Shown one piece after another: positions 1-14,052 of a stretch of 64,000 nt of DNA; position 1 is the stretch's first letter, and the number at the start of each line of letters is the position of its first letter. Location of the stretch: positions 5,954,001 through 6,018,000 of the forward strand of contig NC_087250.1 in assembly GCF_037042905.1 (NCBI RefSeq), written 5' to 3'. Both the position numbers and the translations under genes were made by a program. The notes under the pieces were generated by a model that saw only the letters and a program-made list of their open reading frames with translations, was not told the DNA's origin and did no database searches. The DNA comes from Lytechinus pictus (lineage: Eukaryota).

Positions 1-1443
1 CACCTTCAATTATAAGGAAAGGAGTGTCGCTAAACAAATAGTAGAGGGTCGCCGGTCATAAGAGTGTCGCTATAAAGTACGAGAAGACTGTTACATAGTC
101 ATCATCATGTTAAAGGGGGTCGCTATTCATAATCAAAGAAGAGGATCGCTAGCATACAGTTATAACATGGAAAAGCTTAGCTAGGTTTAATATTCATAAG
201 GGTCGCCAGTAGTAAAACATAGACACGATAGACTCGTAATATATAGTCATAACAGAAGAGGGTCGCAAGTCATTAAAGCAGAAGGGGATCGCAGGTCATT
301 AATAGTATTAGTAATGCCAGAGGTCACCAGTCACAATATTTATGGGGGTGACTTAAACTATATTTTCCCCAATAAGACATCTCAAAAGGTCTAAGTTAAT
401 TACAAATGCAAGGTCAAAGCGCGAGCTCTTTTTGGATACTTCATTTATTCAGACCTGAAAATTTGAAACAACGCAATTGGCCGTAAATTCTTATTCATAG
501 ACTTAAAGACATTATGAAGAGAATAACTTGGCCATTGATATGAGCATTAAGAATAATTAGGGATGCACCATTAGATATCCAGGGGGGCTGGAAGTTAAAA
601 AACAAAACTTGTTAAATGAGCAAAAAAAATCTTGACTCGCCATCAGAGTAAAAAAAAAATTGGTCCACTGATAAATCATATGAAAGGGGCAAAAACTGCT
701 CGTGCTTCGCGCTCGCATTATTCATTTATTTGAGCCTAGTATTTCGGGGGGGGGGGGGAGGGGGTTACTCAGTGTGTTCCTTATGTAAAGGCGCTTAAAA
801 TCTCAAATTTTCATATCACATAAAAATCGTCTTATAGGCTTCCCATCACTTGCATCAAGATATCAATCCTTTTCATTACAAAAAGTACATAGAATGTCCT
901 GTTTGGGGGTCTAAACCTTAAAAAATAGCACACACTTTCCGCTCATATTAGATCATGGTTACAAAACTAAGTGTTTAGAATGTCCGGTCATGAAATCGAG
1001 TTTTCAAAGGAGGTAAAAAAAAAGGTAAATTGCCGATTCGTCCATTGCCAACACATCTTCTCACGTCCATCAACATTACGTCTAACAATCATTATAGGTC
1101 AATGACCATAATGTGCTATCAACATTTAGTCTAATCACCAGTTAGTCTATGACCATTTCGTCTAACCAGTTGGATTAATACTCGTTGATTTCCATTTGTT
1201 TTGCCGAATAAACATTTTAGACCAATTGTATAAAGAAATGACTTTTGGACCAACTGGTTATTAGACGAAATGGCAATTATACCATGCGTATATTTTGACA
1301 ACTGATGGTAGACAAACTTCTATTATACGAGTTGGTAATTTGACGAACTAGTATTTGACTTAATGAAAAATTTTTTTGACTAAAGCTACTTAGCGCCCCT
1401 CTTAGTATAATGAGCAGTGACCCTCTTCATTGATTATTATTAA

Positions 1444-1994
1444 AGGTCAAGTCCACCCCAGAAAATGTTGATTTGAATAAATAGAGAAAAATCGAACGAG
1501 CACAACGCTGAAATTTCATCAAAATCAGATGTTAAATAAGAAAGTAATGACATATTAAGGTTTCGCTTATTTTCACAAAATATAGTGATATGCACAATTA
1601 AGTGACATGCAAATGAGACAGACGATGGTGTCCATCACTGTTTTTTTATTGTTTGAATTATACAATATTTATTTTTTAAACAGATTTGGCAATAAGGACC
1701 AACCATATAGTATTAATCAATGCTAACTCCACATGTTCAGAGAGGAATTGATTGCTGTTTCAGTTGACAATGAGGAAAATAGTTCATATAATGAAATACA
1801 AAATAGTGAGTGGATGACGTCATCAGTCTTCTCATTTGCATATCGACCAGGATATTTTTTTCGTAAAATTAAGTGTAACTATAAAATGCCACAACTTTTT
1901 TTTTACATCCGATTTCGAGGAAATTTTCAGTGCTATGCTTGTTTGAATTTTCTCTTTTTATTCAAACCAACTTTTGTTGTGGTGGACTTCTCCT
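1444..1994. mobile_element. Kolobok-like non-autonomous element (TTAA-AGG...CCT family)
   Basis: Ends aggtcaagtccacc / ggtggacttctcct with TTAA on the left; same family at 53323-53905 and 57737-58331. Confidence 0.65.
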
Positions 1995-2320
1995 TTGAAT
2001 AAAGATCATTATTAATTTCGTCTCCCGAAAAATTCCCTTTAAAAATGTCAAGCTCATCAGAGAGAGAAGGGAGGGGCAACGTCTTCCGTCCCAAGTGATC
2101 GCAGTTTTGCACTCGAATGGGGGCCCGGGAATGGGTGTATATTTTTTTCCTTCAAATTTACGGGGTGTGCCTCCCCCCTCCCCCTCCTTTGATCCGTGCC
2201 TGCAATGGAATTTGTCATCTAGGGCAAAAAGATGTTGAAATAATAAAAAGTGTTCCTGTCAGCTGATGATTCCGAACAGGAAAATGACAAGCCTTCATGT
2301 TGTTTCATGTTGTTTCTTAC

Positions 2321-2392
2321 CTTAGAATGTCCAGTGGAATCTGTTCCTTCCCCGTCGTCGAACCAGGGACGTCTGTTAGTCCCTGGTCTCAT
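2321..2392 (-). CDS. Possible first coding exon of an unknown leftward gene (MRPGTNRRPWFDDGEGTDSTGHSK)
   Basis: GC-richer 72-nt ATG-initiated frame ending at a consensus AAG|GTAAGA donor; no homology recognised. Confidence 0.25.
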
Positions 2393-4757
2393 GTCCCCGG
2401 TTACATGTAAATTAATGATCCATCGTAGGGCCTGAGTTCAAGCCAAGTAGATAGGATAGAATTGGATAGTGGACAACATCCGCGAGAAAAAAAAAATCAT
2501 GAACAAGGCTTATAGCTGTTTATCGTTGTTAGGCGGGTGCACGAATTCAGCCAAAACACAAAGAACGAGAAAACAGCCCCGGGCTGAAAATATTTAGATC
2601 TAGATGAATAGAATAAAATTCAGGGCCAAATGCTGAAAAGTTCATTAGAATCGGATAAGTTATTGAACTTCAACGATTTGCATCCCCCGGGTACTCTGGT
2701 GAAACAATTCTTGGCATGTCTTCATGAATATTCATTCGGTGGGCTGATTATGTCACATACTTTCCTTTTTCTTATGTCATTACATGAAATCATAATTGTT
2801 TCATTTTTCATTATGTAAATGATGTGTCTCAATTATTATGAAATACGTTGCAGTAAGAAATACATAATGCACGTAATCAGTTATCAGTCCAATTGTTTAA
2901 GTCCTTGGTAGGAAACTTTTGAATTTATAGTACACCTAATTTTCATATAATAAAATACAAAAGAACAAGACAGTGGGGATATGGCATCATCAGCCCAAGG
3001 CTAATGAATATTCATGAAGACGAGCCTAGAGCTGTTTCACCAGAATAATGCAAATCTTTAATTGTTATCTGATTTTGATCAAATTTTCAGCATTTTGCCA
3101 TTTGAATTTTATTCTTTTTAGTGAAATATGTCCAGCCTGGAGCATCCCTTCAATCACGAAGGCCTAAATTGTAAATAGAGGACGTCATTTGCAAAATTGA
3201 TGGAAGCGTGGCATTTAGTTTATTCTATCTTATACCTCGGTCACATTTGCTCCACGGCGGCCGTCGAGAACGGCATTTTTATTCATACCACATATGTAGC
3301 TATTCCAAAAAAATGTGACCGAGATATTAATCGTAATAATGGCAAAAAAATGTGAGGTACTAGTGATAGGCCTGGGAGTAAACATCGATTGATCGAATGG
3401 TTCGAATGGCTTGCCGCCAATCGCTAATCGATTAGCAAAATTTACACGAATCGAATGTAATCGAATTTAATCCCACCTGGCCTTCCATGCCCTCGATACA
3501 CAATGTATGTTGTATGCATAGGTGTATAATAACTCTATGGTTGCATGTCTATGTGCTTAAAACAGAAAGTACACACACACAAGGAGCTGACTTGAGCCAA
3601 TATGTGATTGGACATTCAATGGCCAATGAAACTTCTGGGATCGAGGTCGTGACTCCAGAAAAAATTGACCCCTCCCCATCTCTGTGTATGGGTGAGCATG
3701 GTGTGAGTGAGAGAGAGAAAGGATAGCGGTGGGAATTCTTTCACGTTTCAAAACAATGCAATCTCTTTTAGCCTCTCCCTCACACAATCAAAATAACATT
3801 CCAACACGCGCCATCACCTAATTCTAGATGTCGACTAGTTTCCCAAAACAGACCCAGTTATAGGTTTAAATGATCAGAAATTGTAATTCTGAGAGGTATT
3901 TCAATTGAAAAATATTTTGCAAAATATTTTGAACATCATGGGCAGAGTACCACATGTGAGGGTTGGGGCGAGGTATGGGCAATGAATGAAATTTTACAAT
4001 AAGTAAAAAGCACCACATGCGTGTCTGTCTCAAAGAATACTTCATGAATGAGTTGTTTACAGAGATGTAAATTGGACCCAAGACTATAGGCTGATTCATT
4101 CATATGCAGGGGTGTTGCACTTGGAGGGATGCATAATACAAGGATTGATTTGGGATAGATTTTCATTGGAACAATAAAGTGAAAGTTTTAATCTAATTCC
4201 ATATAGTTTCTTTTGAAATAGAAATCAAAGAGAAGGGGGAATACTTGGCTTACTTTAATTTATAAGGAACAGATGTACTCTACCCTACATCAGATGTTCA
4301 ATAATTGAAAAAACCTATTCGGGAGGTCTTCACAAGTAGGTCAACTAACTATTGGCTTAGAAGACGTGATTTCCGACGAACAATCGAATGGTTCGATTGT
4401 TTTTTCAGGAACTATAAATCGAATAGTAAAATTGACATTCGTCCCAGGCCGAAACTTGTGGCTCGTCAGAGTGCCCCCCTGCCCCCCCCCCCCACCCCCG
4501 TAGGTACGCTAGTGATTACGATACGTAGACTGCAAAAGAGTAATATTCAAAATTCAAAGATAAAATGCCAAATTCCAACGAGGATATACCGGTATTTTAG
4601 AGTCGGAAATTAATAGAGGAGTGATTGCATCTTGGCCTGAGCTAACAAAGTCAGGGAATGGTAGGCAAGTTTCTTACAATTGCTTTATTATTGGTATTCG
4701 AGCCAAGCGATTGTCATCGCCTTTGAATTGATATGGATTGGGGAGCGACTACATAAC

Positions 4758-5045
4758 AGTGCAGTACTACGAACTAGCTAGCGTCGAATCCATCGGTACT
4801 GCAGCGCTAGCTAGTGCAGCAGGCCTGGCCTCCCGCTGATATCTGCTCAGTGCAGTGCATGCAGAGCAGATCGGCGGATCCGGAACGAAGCGGAAAAAAT
4901 TAGTGCAGTAGCGTACTACGAGCTAGCTAGCTAGCGTGGAATCCATCGCTACTGCGGCGCTAGTGCAGCAGGGCTGGCCTCCCGCTGATACCTGCTCAGT
5001 GCATGCTGTGCGTGCAGATCTGCGGAACGAAGCGGACAAAATTAG
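4758..5045. repeat. CpG-rich direct duplication of about 145 bp
   Basis: tactacga...gctagcgt.gaatccatcg...ggcctcccgctgata...ggaacgaagcgga.aaaattag occurs twice. Confidence 0.8.
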
Positions 5046-5829
5046 TTCTCCATCGTTCCGCCGATTTTTGGCTCCTCCCACTTTTCGACTCTGCCAAGGA
5101 GGTGGGGCTAAAATCGTCCACCGTTCCGACGCAGGATCCTGCAGGCGGATGGAGGAGAACGCCATCGATAATAAAAATACGGTCCCTAAGGTGCCCCAAG
5201 TCTGTGCACACGCATATCTGCACGATTCTAATAAAAGAAGATATGCAACGACCACAAATTTACAACTGAAATAGACAGATATTCATTAAAAAATCTGACT
5301 CAAAATGGTGGATAAATAATGAATTTTGGCATTTCATGTGACTGCCTCAAAATGCAGCCTTTCTCATCAAAATCATCAAATCGTGTGTCTGAGCAGACTA
5401 GGGGCACCATTGTTTTGTTCGATCTGAAAATGACTGTTGGAGAGTTTTTCTAAGAAAATCATGTTTCTTTCAAATTTTCACATGATTTTTGGTACACTTA
5501 CTCATAAGAATATAGGGAACATCATTAGCTGAATCTTAAGTTAAAGATATAGGTGCGCAGACATGGGGCTACCCTTCGTACATGCATGCATGTACATGTA
5601 GATTTGATACATTGTGTATGATATTCCTTTAAACTTTAAAGCAAGTTTTATATTCGAGATAGCATCTAGGTGAACTTCACCTCTTTTTTAGCTCAAATGA
5701 ATTTTAACTTTATAGGGACGTATACTTTCTCGCCTTTTTTAATCGGTAATGTGTATTTAGATTTACATATTACATTTAGTATGAAGAAATGAATGATAAC
5801 TTTCACTTTCTCTTTTGAATTTCTATCAG

Positions 5830-7001
5830 CTATAAGCCAGATATCGGAACTATTGGAGACGGGGCTTGACCCTGAGACCTTGTCAATCTGTGTTCATCTG
5901 TGTGAACAAGGAGTCAACCCCGAGGCCCTTGCATCTGTTATCAAGGAACTACGAAGAGAGATGACAGCATATAAGGTATGTCTTGGTCATGTGACCTGCC
6001 AACCCCAAAACCAACATCAAGTTGCCGGGAAGATTCTGTGTCAGCCAAAATAGTACCGTAATTTGGTCTTCCAAAATAGAATTTTCTGCAAGCGATTCTT
6101 ATTCTTCTTAAGTTCTGTTAATATTTGAAGTTGTAAAGTATGTTGTATATTAAAAAGACAAGATACAATAGATGTCACTGTAGATTACCAGGTGGGTGTT
6201 CAATAAAGCTGTTCGTAAGTTAAGAGCGACTTTAAGAACGACCGGTGATCCTTTCTTTTGATAAATGGTATATTCATTAGCGATGGTTTTGCGCGTAAGA
6301 AAGGATCACCAGTCATTCTTAAAGTCACTCTTAACTTACGAACAGCTTTATGAAACGGCCCCCAGGAGCTGAACATAGAGGAATAGAAGATACTGCGTCG
6401 AGGACTGAACCTTATGAACAATTTTTTTACGGACTGCTTGAAAGTTTCACCAAAATTCCACAGTACGCTCTCACTGGATTTCTTCCGCATTCTATCAAGT
6501 ACATTGTGGGTTATCGCTGATAAATTTTGAAAAATTATATATTGTTAGCAAATAGGATATATGCTTTGTTAAGCTCGATAAAAATCTCAAAATTCAATTT
6601 TGGTGATTTATTGTCGACTGAGATGTTAGGTCACAAACAGCACAGACTGGTACCCCCAAAAGGTGGCAGAGTTATACTTTTTAAAATCTGTGGGTTGGAG
6701 CGATAGAAAAAAATACATACCTGTACACATAATCCATAATTTATTATTGCTATCTTATCTATTATCCTTATGATCACTGGTGATCCAAGGGGGGGGGGGG
6801 CACAGCCGGCCCATGCCCCCCCCCCCCTTTTGTGAAGCAAAATTAAAATTTGTAATGTAAAAATGCTGTTAAAACCAAAATGTGCTCCCCCCCCCCCCTT
6901 TTGGAAAATCCTGGATCCGCCCCTGCTTATGATTCTAATTAATACTCTCTCTATTTCAAATTTGGCTTATCTCCATGCAGGCATCTGTGGAGCAAGGATA
7001 A
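5830..7001 (+). CDS. MZT1: Mitotic-spindle organizing protein 1 (MOZART1); exons 5830-5975 and 6981-7001, first exon not located
   Basis: [40 protein letters not shown] is the MZT1 signature; cag| acceptor at 5829, AAG|gtatgt donor at 5975, then cag|GCA TCT GTG GAG CAA GGA TAA. Confidence 0.9.
6194..6362. mobile_element. Palindromic MITE (Harbinger-like)
   Basis: ataaagctgttcgtaagttaagag ... ctcttaacttacgaacagctttat inverted arms. Confidence 0.65.
6775..6925. mobile_element. hAT-type MITE in MZT1 intron
   Basis: 8-bp TSD cttatgat (6767-6774, 6926-6933); CA...TG termini with imperfect TIR. Confidence 0.8.
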
Positions 7002-7014
7002 TACTCCAGACATA

Positions 7015-7550
7015 CCGTGTGAACATGAACTGAGATTAAACTGAACGTGGGACATTGTATCTAGACCCAGGGCTGCTGTAAATATGGTGGACTGTGGAAC
7101 AGTTTGGATACACAGATGTCAGATTAACGTGTGAACATAGACTGAGATTGAACTGAATGAGGGACATTGTATCTAGACCCAGGGTTGCTGTTAATATGGT
7201 GGACTGTGAAACAGTTTTGATGCACAGATGCCTAAGTGTTAGATTAACGTGTGAACATGAACTGAGTTTAAACTGAATGAGGGACATTGTATCTAGACCC
7301 AGGACTGCTGTTCATATGGTGGACTGTGAAACAGTTTGGATACACAGATGTCTGATTACCATGTGAACATGAACTGAGTTTGAACTGAATGAAGGATATT
7401 GTATCAAGACCCAGGACTGCTGTTCATATGGTGGACTGTGAAACAGTTTGGATACACAGATGTCTGATTACCATGTGAACATGAACTGAGTTTGAACTGA
7501 ATGAGGGATAATGTATTAAGACCCAGGACTGCTGTTCATATGGTGGACGA
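7015..7550 (+). repeat. Tandem repeat of about 112-121 bp, about 5 copies, in the MZT1 3' region
   Basis: gtgaacat(g)aactgag recurs near 7019, 7132, 7253, 7364, 7476. Confidence 0.9.
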
Positions 7551-8658
7551 TTTGTATGGTAGATGATTTTCAGAATTTTTTATATATCAAACTTATGTGG
7601 CATCCCTGTAATACCAGTCCTGGGAATTAGTTCAACTGCTAGATCTGCAAGCCCAACAATGCCTTCTGTGGGATGTATATGATATACATTTATTTTGCCC
7701 CATATGTGTATATTCATGTATATTGTATATAATGTAAATGTAATTTGTCAAGATCTTTGAAAATACACGTACAAACTGAAAAATAGAAATCATGCAATTA
7801 GTGTTATATTGCATTTTTAAATATTGATGTTGAGTGTGTGTGGGTCATGTAGTGATGAGTGATGGTCAAACTATGGAAGGAGGGAGAGGAACAGAAAGAG
7901 AAAGGGGGACAAAGGGAGAAGAGAGGTGGATGAACAGAAAGAGAGAGAAGGGAGGTAAAAGAAAGGGGTAAGGTAGCTGTAAAGAGGGGGGGGGGGAGAA
8001 GGGGAGGAGCAGAAAAAGAGAGGAACAGAAACAGTAAGAGAAGATAGAAGGGAGTGAAAAGAAAGAAAGGGTTAAGGGAGCTATAGGGAGAGGGGGGGGG
8101 GGTTGGACAAAAGGCAGAAAGGTGGAGAACAGAGAGGGATGTGTATGCACAGTGTATGATTATATAAAGAGAGATGGGGTAGCGAGAACAGAAAGATGGA
8201 GAAGAGAGGGGGTGGAAGCACATAGGAGTAGAAAAATATTGAGAAAGAAGATGGAGAAAATAATAATGCTTGGCTTGGAATGGGATGTAAGTGAAGATGG
8301 AGGGAAGCAATGTAGTAAGAGAGAGTGGGGTGATGATACTGAAGTGATTGGCTTGGAACAAGGTGTATGAGAAGAGAAAGGGAGAAGAAATACAGAACAA
8401 ATACAAATCATATATTTCACTCAAATTGTAATGAGATTTTTAGCACTTATAATATAAGGAACATTTTCAACTGATTTTTTTTTATTGGACTAAAAAAAAA
8501 TTATGTTTAATAATCTCAATTAAAATTTTGAAAAAAAAAACACTGACATGGGGGCCCTCCTTCAAACAAAGACTTAAGCAGTTGATGCAGTGAATTTAGA
8601 ATTAAAAAAAAGACAGATGATAGAAAAGATTGATTACTTTATGGAGTTGCATTACATG

Positions 8659-11543
8659 CAACGTTCTCGCCAGGTTCAGTTTCACGGTTGTCGGAGCAAA
8701 GCTCCGACGTGCCGCGCAGCGGCCTCGATGCGTGCGAAGCACGCATAGGGGGGTGGGTGCGGGAGGGGGGATGTGCCCCCCTCCCGCGCGAAGCGCGGTT
8801 AGCTTTTGACATTATCCGTATCGAAGAGCTTATATTGCAGCTAAATGCATCACATTAACCACTTTGCTGCGGCGGATAAATGATTTTTTTCGGCGGCTTC
8901 GGCATTGAATTCTATCAGCTAATTACACACAGGTCACAGCGCAATGTTGAACTGACAAACGAGCCGAGATTCTCGGCGAGTGGCGAGAGTTCGTGCCCCA
9001 ACGTCTACCGAGCCTTGCCGTGGAATCCTGACCATGTGGCCGTCTATTCGATTGCGTTGGTGGAATATTTGTCAATTATTAAAATTGTAGGCTTATTACT
9101 GTTCCATGTCTCGTAATCTGCATCAATGAAGAATTAAAAAGTTATTCCTTGTTTGTAACCTTGTCCGTATTAGATGTAGATTTATCTCTCTAGTACTAAG
9201 TTAGTAGTAGCCCCTTTCCTTGCAAACCGCACAAGAACCCTGCCGTTATCGTCAAAGACTTAGTGATAATCCTTCGATCGATCAAAAGGCGCAGCTAGCG
9301 CACAGGCGAAGGCTTCAAGATCTTTTTCATTAGCTATTATTTTGCGTCTTTCGATTCAACTTTACAGTTGGATTGGACGCAGTTAATTTATAACAAATGG
9401 AATAATTATATGTATTACGAAATCGCATTTTAATGATATCACTCGTTATTAAAAGAAAATGGGAAATTCAAGAATCTACACCTTTGGTTTTCATGTTAAA
9501 ACTGAGGAAGAAAGACTGAAAGAGAGTGAGAGCAAGAGAGACACTGAAAGGTCCGAACTTGATTAAAATGAGATCAACTTGATACTCACTCTGTCATGGG
9601 TCTTTCATAATCACAAAACACGATGCATACTCATTTATTTTATGGGAAAGACTTACTGAATCGTATTTTTTGTCAAACATCTAGGTCTAACTTTTAACAA
9701 GAATACAAATCACAATTTGAGAAAAAGTAACGACTAAATATGACCATAAATAGGTCTATGATATGACATAATCATGATCGAATACACCTCTCTTTTCCAA
9801 GTACCGCTGTTCATTCTGTGTGTCCTAAAAAGGCACTGACTGACAATAAATCCCTTATTCCCAAGGGCCTCATGAGCTTGACCACAGCCAAGGATTTTCA
9901 CTGCGTAATCATGATTCGGATCATTCAATTAAGTAGGGCACGCGCCTTTGTTTACAAAACATGCCAAACATGATGCTTGTCTGCAAGTCTGCATATTCAG
10001 ACTCTATTTTGCTTTGAATTTTCTCTAAATCCGCGATTACAAGTTTTCTCAGGTTCTCATCTTTGAATCGAATCATTAGCGATATGTTGATTTAGATATA
10101 CAAGTAAATTCAATATTACAGTTACAGGTTATTGGTTAACAGTACAGTGCAGCCGAATTGAAGATTAAAATTAAAGCAATTGCAAGTGTGCGTTATAGAG
10201 AAAGACTAATCACCAATTGAACGTGGTTACCAACCAAGGAAAGAAGAAGTGGTCCGATTTCTCCCCACGTGGACATCGTGGCAAATCCACATTCATGGCG
10301 AGTCTGCCCTTAGTTACGATGCCGGTGGCGCATGGATGGTCAGTACCTATTCATACTTATTATCATCAACGGACCCATTTATCCCTATTTATTGACATGT
10401 TCATGATGTGATTCTATTTTGTATTTCTATTTTGTGGTAGTGCGGTATTTCTCATCGAAATCATCTTCAGGATTATATTACCGACCAAGGCAATGTATTT
10501 CATCGAACGAGCGAATTTCGAGAAATTGCATTCTAACAACATTCCCTATTATGCGCGGGAATATGTCCTTAGAGAAGGGTAGGGGTTGCCTTCTGATTTT
10601 CCGAGTGAAAATTGGGAAGGAGGGAGAAAGAGAAAGAATTGTAAGAAAAGTAGGAAAAACAGGAGAGGTTCGGGCGGGTCGTATTATTCTGATATCTCTA
10701 TAATTCACAAAATACATTACAGAAAATCACATTGTCTTACGGCTATTGCCCCCTCCGCATTTCAAGTCAAATATCCTGGCACTCAATGCTCCTGCCCTGC
10801 CCCATTGAATTTCAATCAGAATATGGCAAAAACGGGAATTTATCTTTTTTTTCTCAGAGTGATAAAACGGCTTATTATTGATTTTGTATTTGTTGTTTTT
10901 TTAACTGCAACTTTCGAGGATTTAATATTAACCAAGAACGACTGGTTTAATAATAGTGTCCATCTGAAAACTAGATAAAGACTCAAGCATTGTTTTTGGC
11001 AGATGATGACATATCCCCACTTGTTCTTATGTATTTTATTAAGGCGGCAATTGCCCTCACGAATACAATTTTTGAGCGAAGAGGAGAGAGGCCACTGCCG
11101 CCAAACACGAAGTCTCGTTAGAAAAAAAAGAAAAGGGGGAGAGACGGAGAGATATCCGCTCTGGGCGATATGCATGCAGCGCATGCTGCACAGTCATGAC
11201 AGTGCAGTGGGCCTTTCGAGCGAGTTGCACGCACGCTAAATAGTAAGGGCACTGATCGAGCGAAAAGCCAGTGAATGGAGAGAAGACGGAATTTAGGAGG
11301 GTTCTCTGCTCGAAACCGAAGCAGACTCGGTGGCGAGGCTCAAATTTCTGACAAGTATGTCTTAAAAACAAAACTTTCATGATGAATCTCGTTCATTTCA
11401 AAACTTAGTAATGACAATATCTAGCGTGTTTCACGGTTGTCGGTCAGGGTTGTCGGGGACATTCACGGTTGTCGGCCAAGGCTCACAAAACTTTCACGGT
11501 TGTCGGCGGCCGACAAAGGTGACGCGTGTTGGCGAGAACGTTG
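8659..11543. mobile_element. 2.9-kb non-autonomous TIR transposon (hAT- or P-like)
   Basis: 14-bp perfect TIR caacgttctcgcca / tggcgagaacgttg; 8-bp TSD attacatg; subterminal cacggttgtcgg repeats; no transposase ORF. Confidence 0.88.
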
Positions 11544-11759
11544 ATTACATGTATTTATTCTTATATTCAAGGAGCCTTGTACAAAAAAAGAAAATTCAAA
11601 GTAAAATTCATATAAATATATGTTTTATTGTAAATCAAAACAATATAATTGTCTTTAATCTTGACAAGTAATAAAACAAATGATGCAGATTTGGTGTATT
11701 CCTTGATAACTGTCCTGCCTTGCCAGTGCATGTAAAAGAAGGGACAAAAGAGGTGAATT

Positions 11760-12430
11760 CAAACGATATACAATCGTTCTAAAATTTCACATTTCAACGA
11801 AAAGCATAATTTCCAATAAAGTTAACAAATTTCATCTCAGCCAATCAGATTGAGGGATTTCAGTAGCTTTTTATCTATTATTGAAAATTTGTTATTACAA
11901 GGTTTATAAGATGTGCCCCAGTTGTAAGTTCGCTTACAATGCATCTTAGAACTAGGGCCCATTTCATAAACCTTGTCATACTAACAAATTTTCCATTTCA
12001 GTTAAAAGCTTCTGAAATCCTGCAATCTGATTGGCTGAGATAAAATTTGCTAAGCTTATTGGAAATTGTGCATTTGTAATATGACAAGTTTTTATAAAAC
12101 AGGATCTAGGAGTAGGGGTCAGTTTCATAAAATGTGTTATACATGTAATAACAATGTAATTAAAGTTTAGAGCCACTGAAGTCCTTCAGTCTGATTGGTT
12201 GATAGAAGACTTGTTACAGATTTTGTGCATTTCTTATTACATGTATAACAAGTCTTTATGAAACGGTACCCTGGAGCCTGTTTCATAAAACTCATAATAA
12301 AATAAAGTTGCAATAACAGTTAAAAGCTACTGAAATCCTTCAGTGTGATTGGCTGATAGTAAACTTGTTTTAGAAATGGTGCATTTGATTTTATACCAAG
12401 ACCAAGTCTTAATGAAATGTGACCCCACTG
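11760..12430. repeat. Cluster of related short palindromic MITE copies
   Basis: Repeated tttcataaa...ctgattggct...ttatgaaac units in both orientations. Confidence 0.55.
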
Positions 12431-12547
12431 ATAGCTGTAAGGCTTCAGAATCAACAAAATAATGCTAAATTGACCCATTTTATTTTTCTGAAGGTTACAT
12501 AAACAGCAAGCAAATCATCAGCTCGACTGTTGGCTGTTGTTTGTTAA

Positions 12548-13114
12548 AGGAAACCAAAACCCAAGAAGAGAAGTAATCTTATTGGAAAGAGTAAAATGAG
12601 AGGAACAATTTTAAAAAAGTTTCATCAACATCGGTTATGAAATAAGCAAGTTATGGGAGTTTGAAAACTCCTGTTTTACTTTCTATGGGCATCCTCAAAT
12701 TAGCAAAAGTGCATCAAAATGGCTGATTTTGTGGTTAACTCTCCATTTGTTTTATACACAGATTTTCCTCACTATCTTTCAAATTGCATCTTGCCTCCTG
12801 AGCACAACATATGTCATGGGAAAATATAATCCACACTATATATGTCAAGGTCAGGAGAAGATAATGTGAAATATGTAAAATAAAGGGGAAAATCTGAAAA
12901 TATGTGTACAAAACAAATGGAGAGTTGTCCACAAAATCAGCCATTTTGAAGCACGTTTGCCAATTTGAGGATCCACATAGTAAGTACAACAAGACTTTTT
13001 AATCGTTCATAACTTGCTTATTTCATAACCAATTTTGATGAAACTTTTTTAAATTGTTCTTCTTATTTTACTCTTTCCAATAAGATTGCTTATCTTCTTG
13101 GGTTTTGGTTGCCT
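12548..13114. mobile_element. TTAA-flanked foldback MITE with long TIRs (Kolobok-like)
   Basis: ttaa|aggaaaccaaaacccaagaag ... cttcttgggttttggttgcct|ttaa; inverted arms extend about 200 bp. Confidence 0.75.
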
Positions 13115-14052
13115 TTAAATGGGGCATTCAAAAAGACCACCTTTCATTGATTAGTGCAAGTCTTTCGTATCAACTTTCGCATCAATTGTTCCAGAGAAGC
13201 CAACGTACCAGTCCCAAGCAAGACGTCATCAGACATCAAAAGTGCAGATTGGCGCATCGGCATGCCATGTATAATCCGTAATATGCAGTAAAAGTAAGGT
13301 CCCCAAAGGCCTCCCTCAACTGAAGTTGCTCAATCGCACAGTCACCTTCCCGGTTTTGCCATATACATGTATCTCTTCTTCAACCACTAGTCTCGTTTCA
13401 GCCACTACCAGGCACAGAATATAGCCAAGTCATGAGGCCTAGTCAAAGGCTATAAATATCGACAGAATTTGACAACTCACAACTATTATTTTATTCTTTA
13501 ACAAATTTTTTGTTCATCTTTATTGTGGTGTGTGGATATTTTTCCTCATGCTTAATATGAACATGATCCTGAAATAGTGAAATGTGCAAAAACAAAACTG
13601 ATGATGCCGGACATTTGTACTCTATCACCTCAAAGACAGGAGCTTCCTTTCATTTCATATAGAAGATAGGTTAAAGTCAGACCTGCCACAGAAAAAAAAA
13701 TATATAATATAGGAAAATTAATATAGAGTCAATGTTTTTGTCCACAAAGGAAACTTTTAAAAAGTTTTAAGATTGTGTCTTATCAGTGGTATCTCTTACG
13801 CATACTGTATCTCTTTTGATACATGTATCTTTCAGTGCATTCCTTCTTATCAGCTACACGGGTAGGTATATAACCACTGGACAACATTCACTGTATTTCT
13901 TCAACCTTGGATCAAGGTTCATAGACGGAATTCTGCAAGAACCGTCCAAGCCTTCTGTCGTCCTTCATGTGTTCCTAGATCTTCTTGTATTGACCCTGAA
14001 TTCCTTGGCACCCTTCAGATATCAAGTTCCACATACAAGCATCTTGATATCA

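Noticed and set aside
3367..4452. hAT-like element (taggcctggga ... tcccaggccga)
   Set aside because: The TIR is short and the TSD degenerate; boundaries cannot be supported
4923..5274. Overlapping 110-aa ORFs as MZT1 exon 1 or a new gene
   Set aside because: They fall in a GC-rich duplicated repeat, with no MZT1 similarity and no suitable donor
7804..8424. 206-aa hydrophobic ORF
   Set aside because: Low-complexity GA-rich tract with no domain signal
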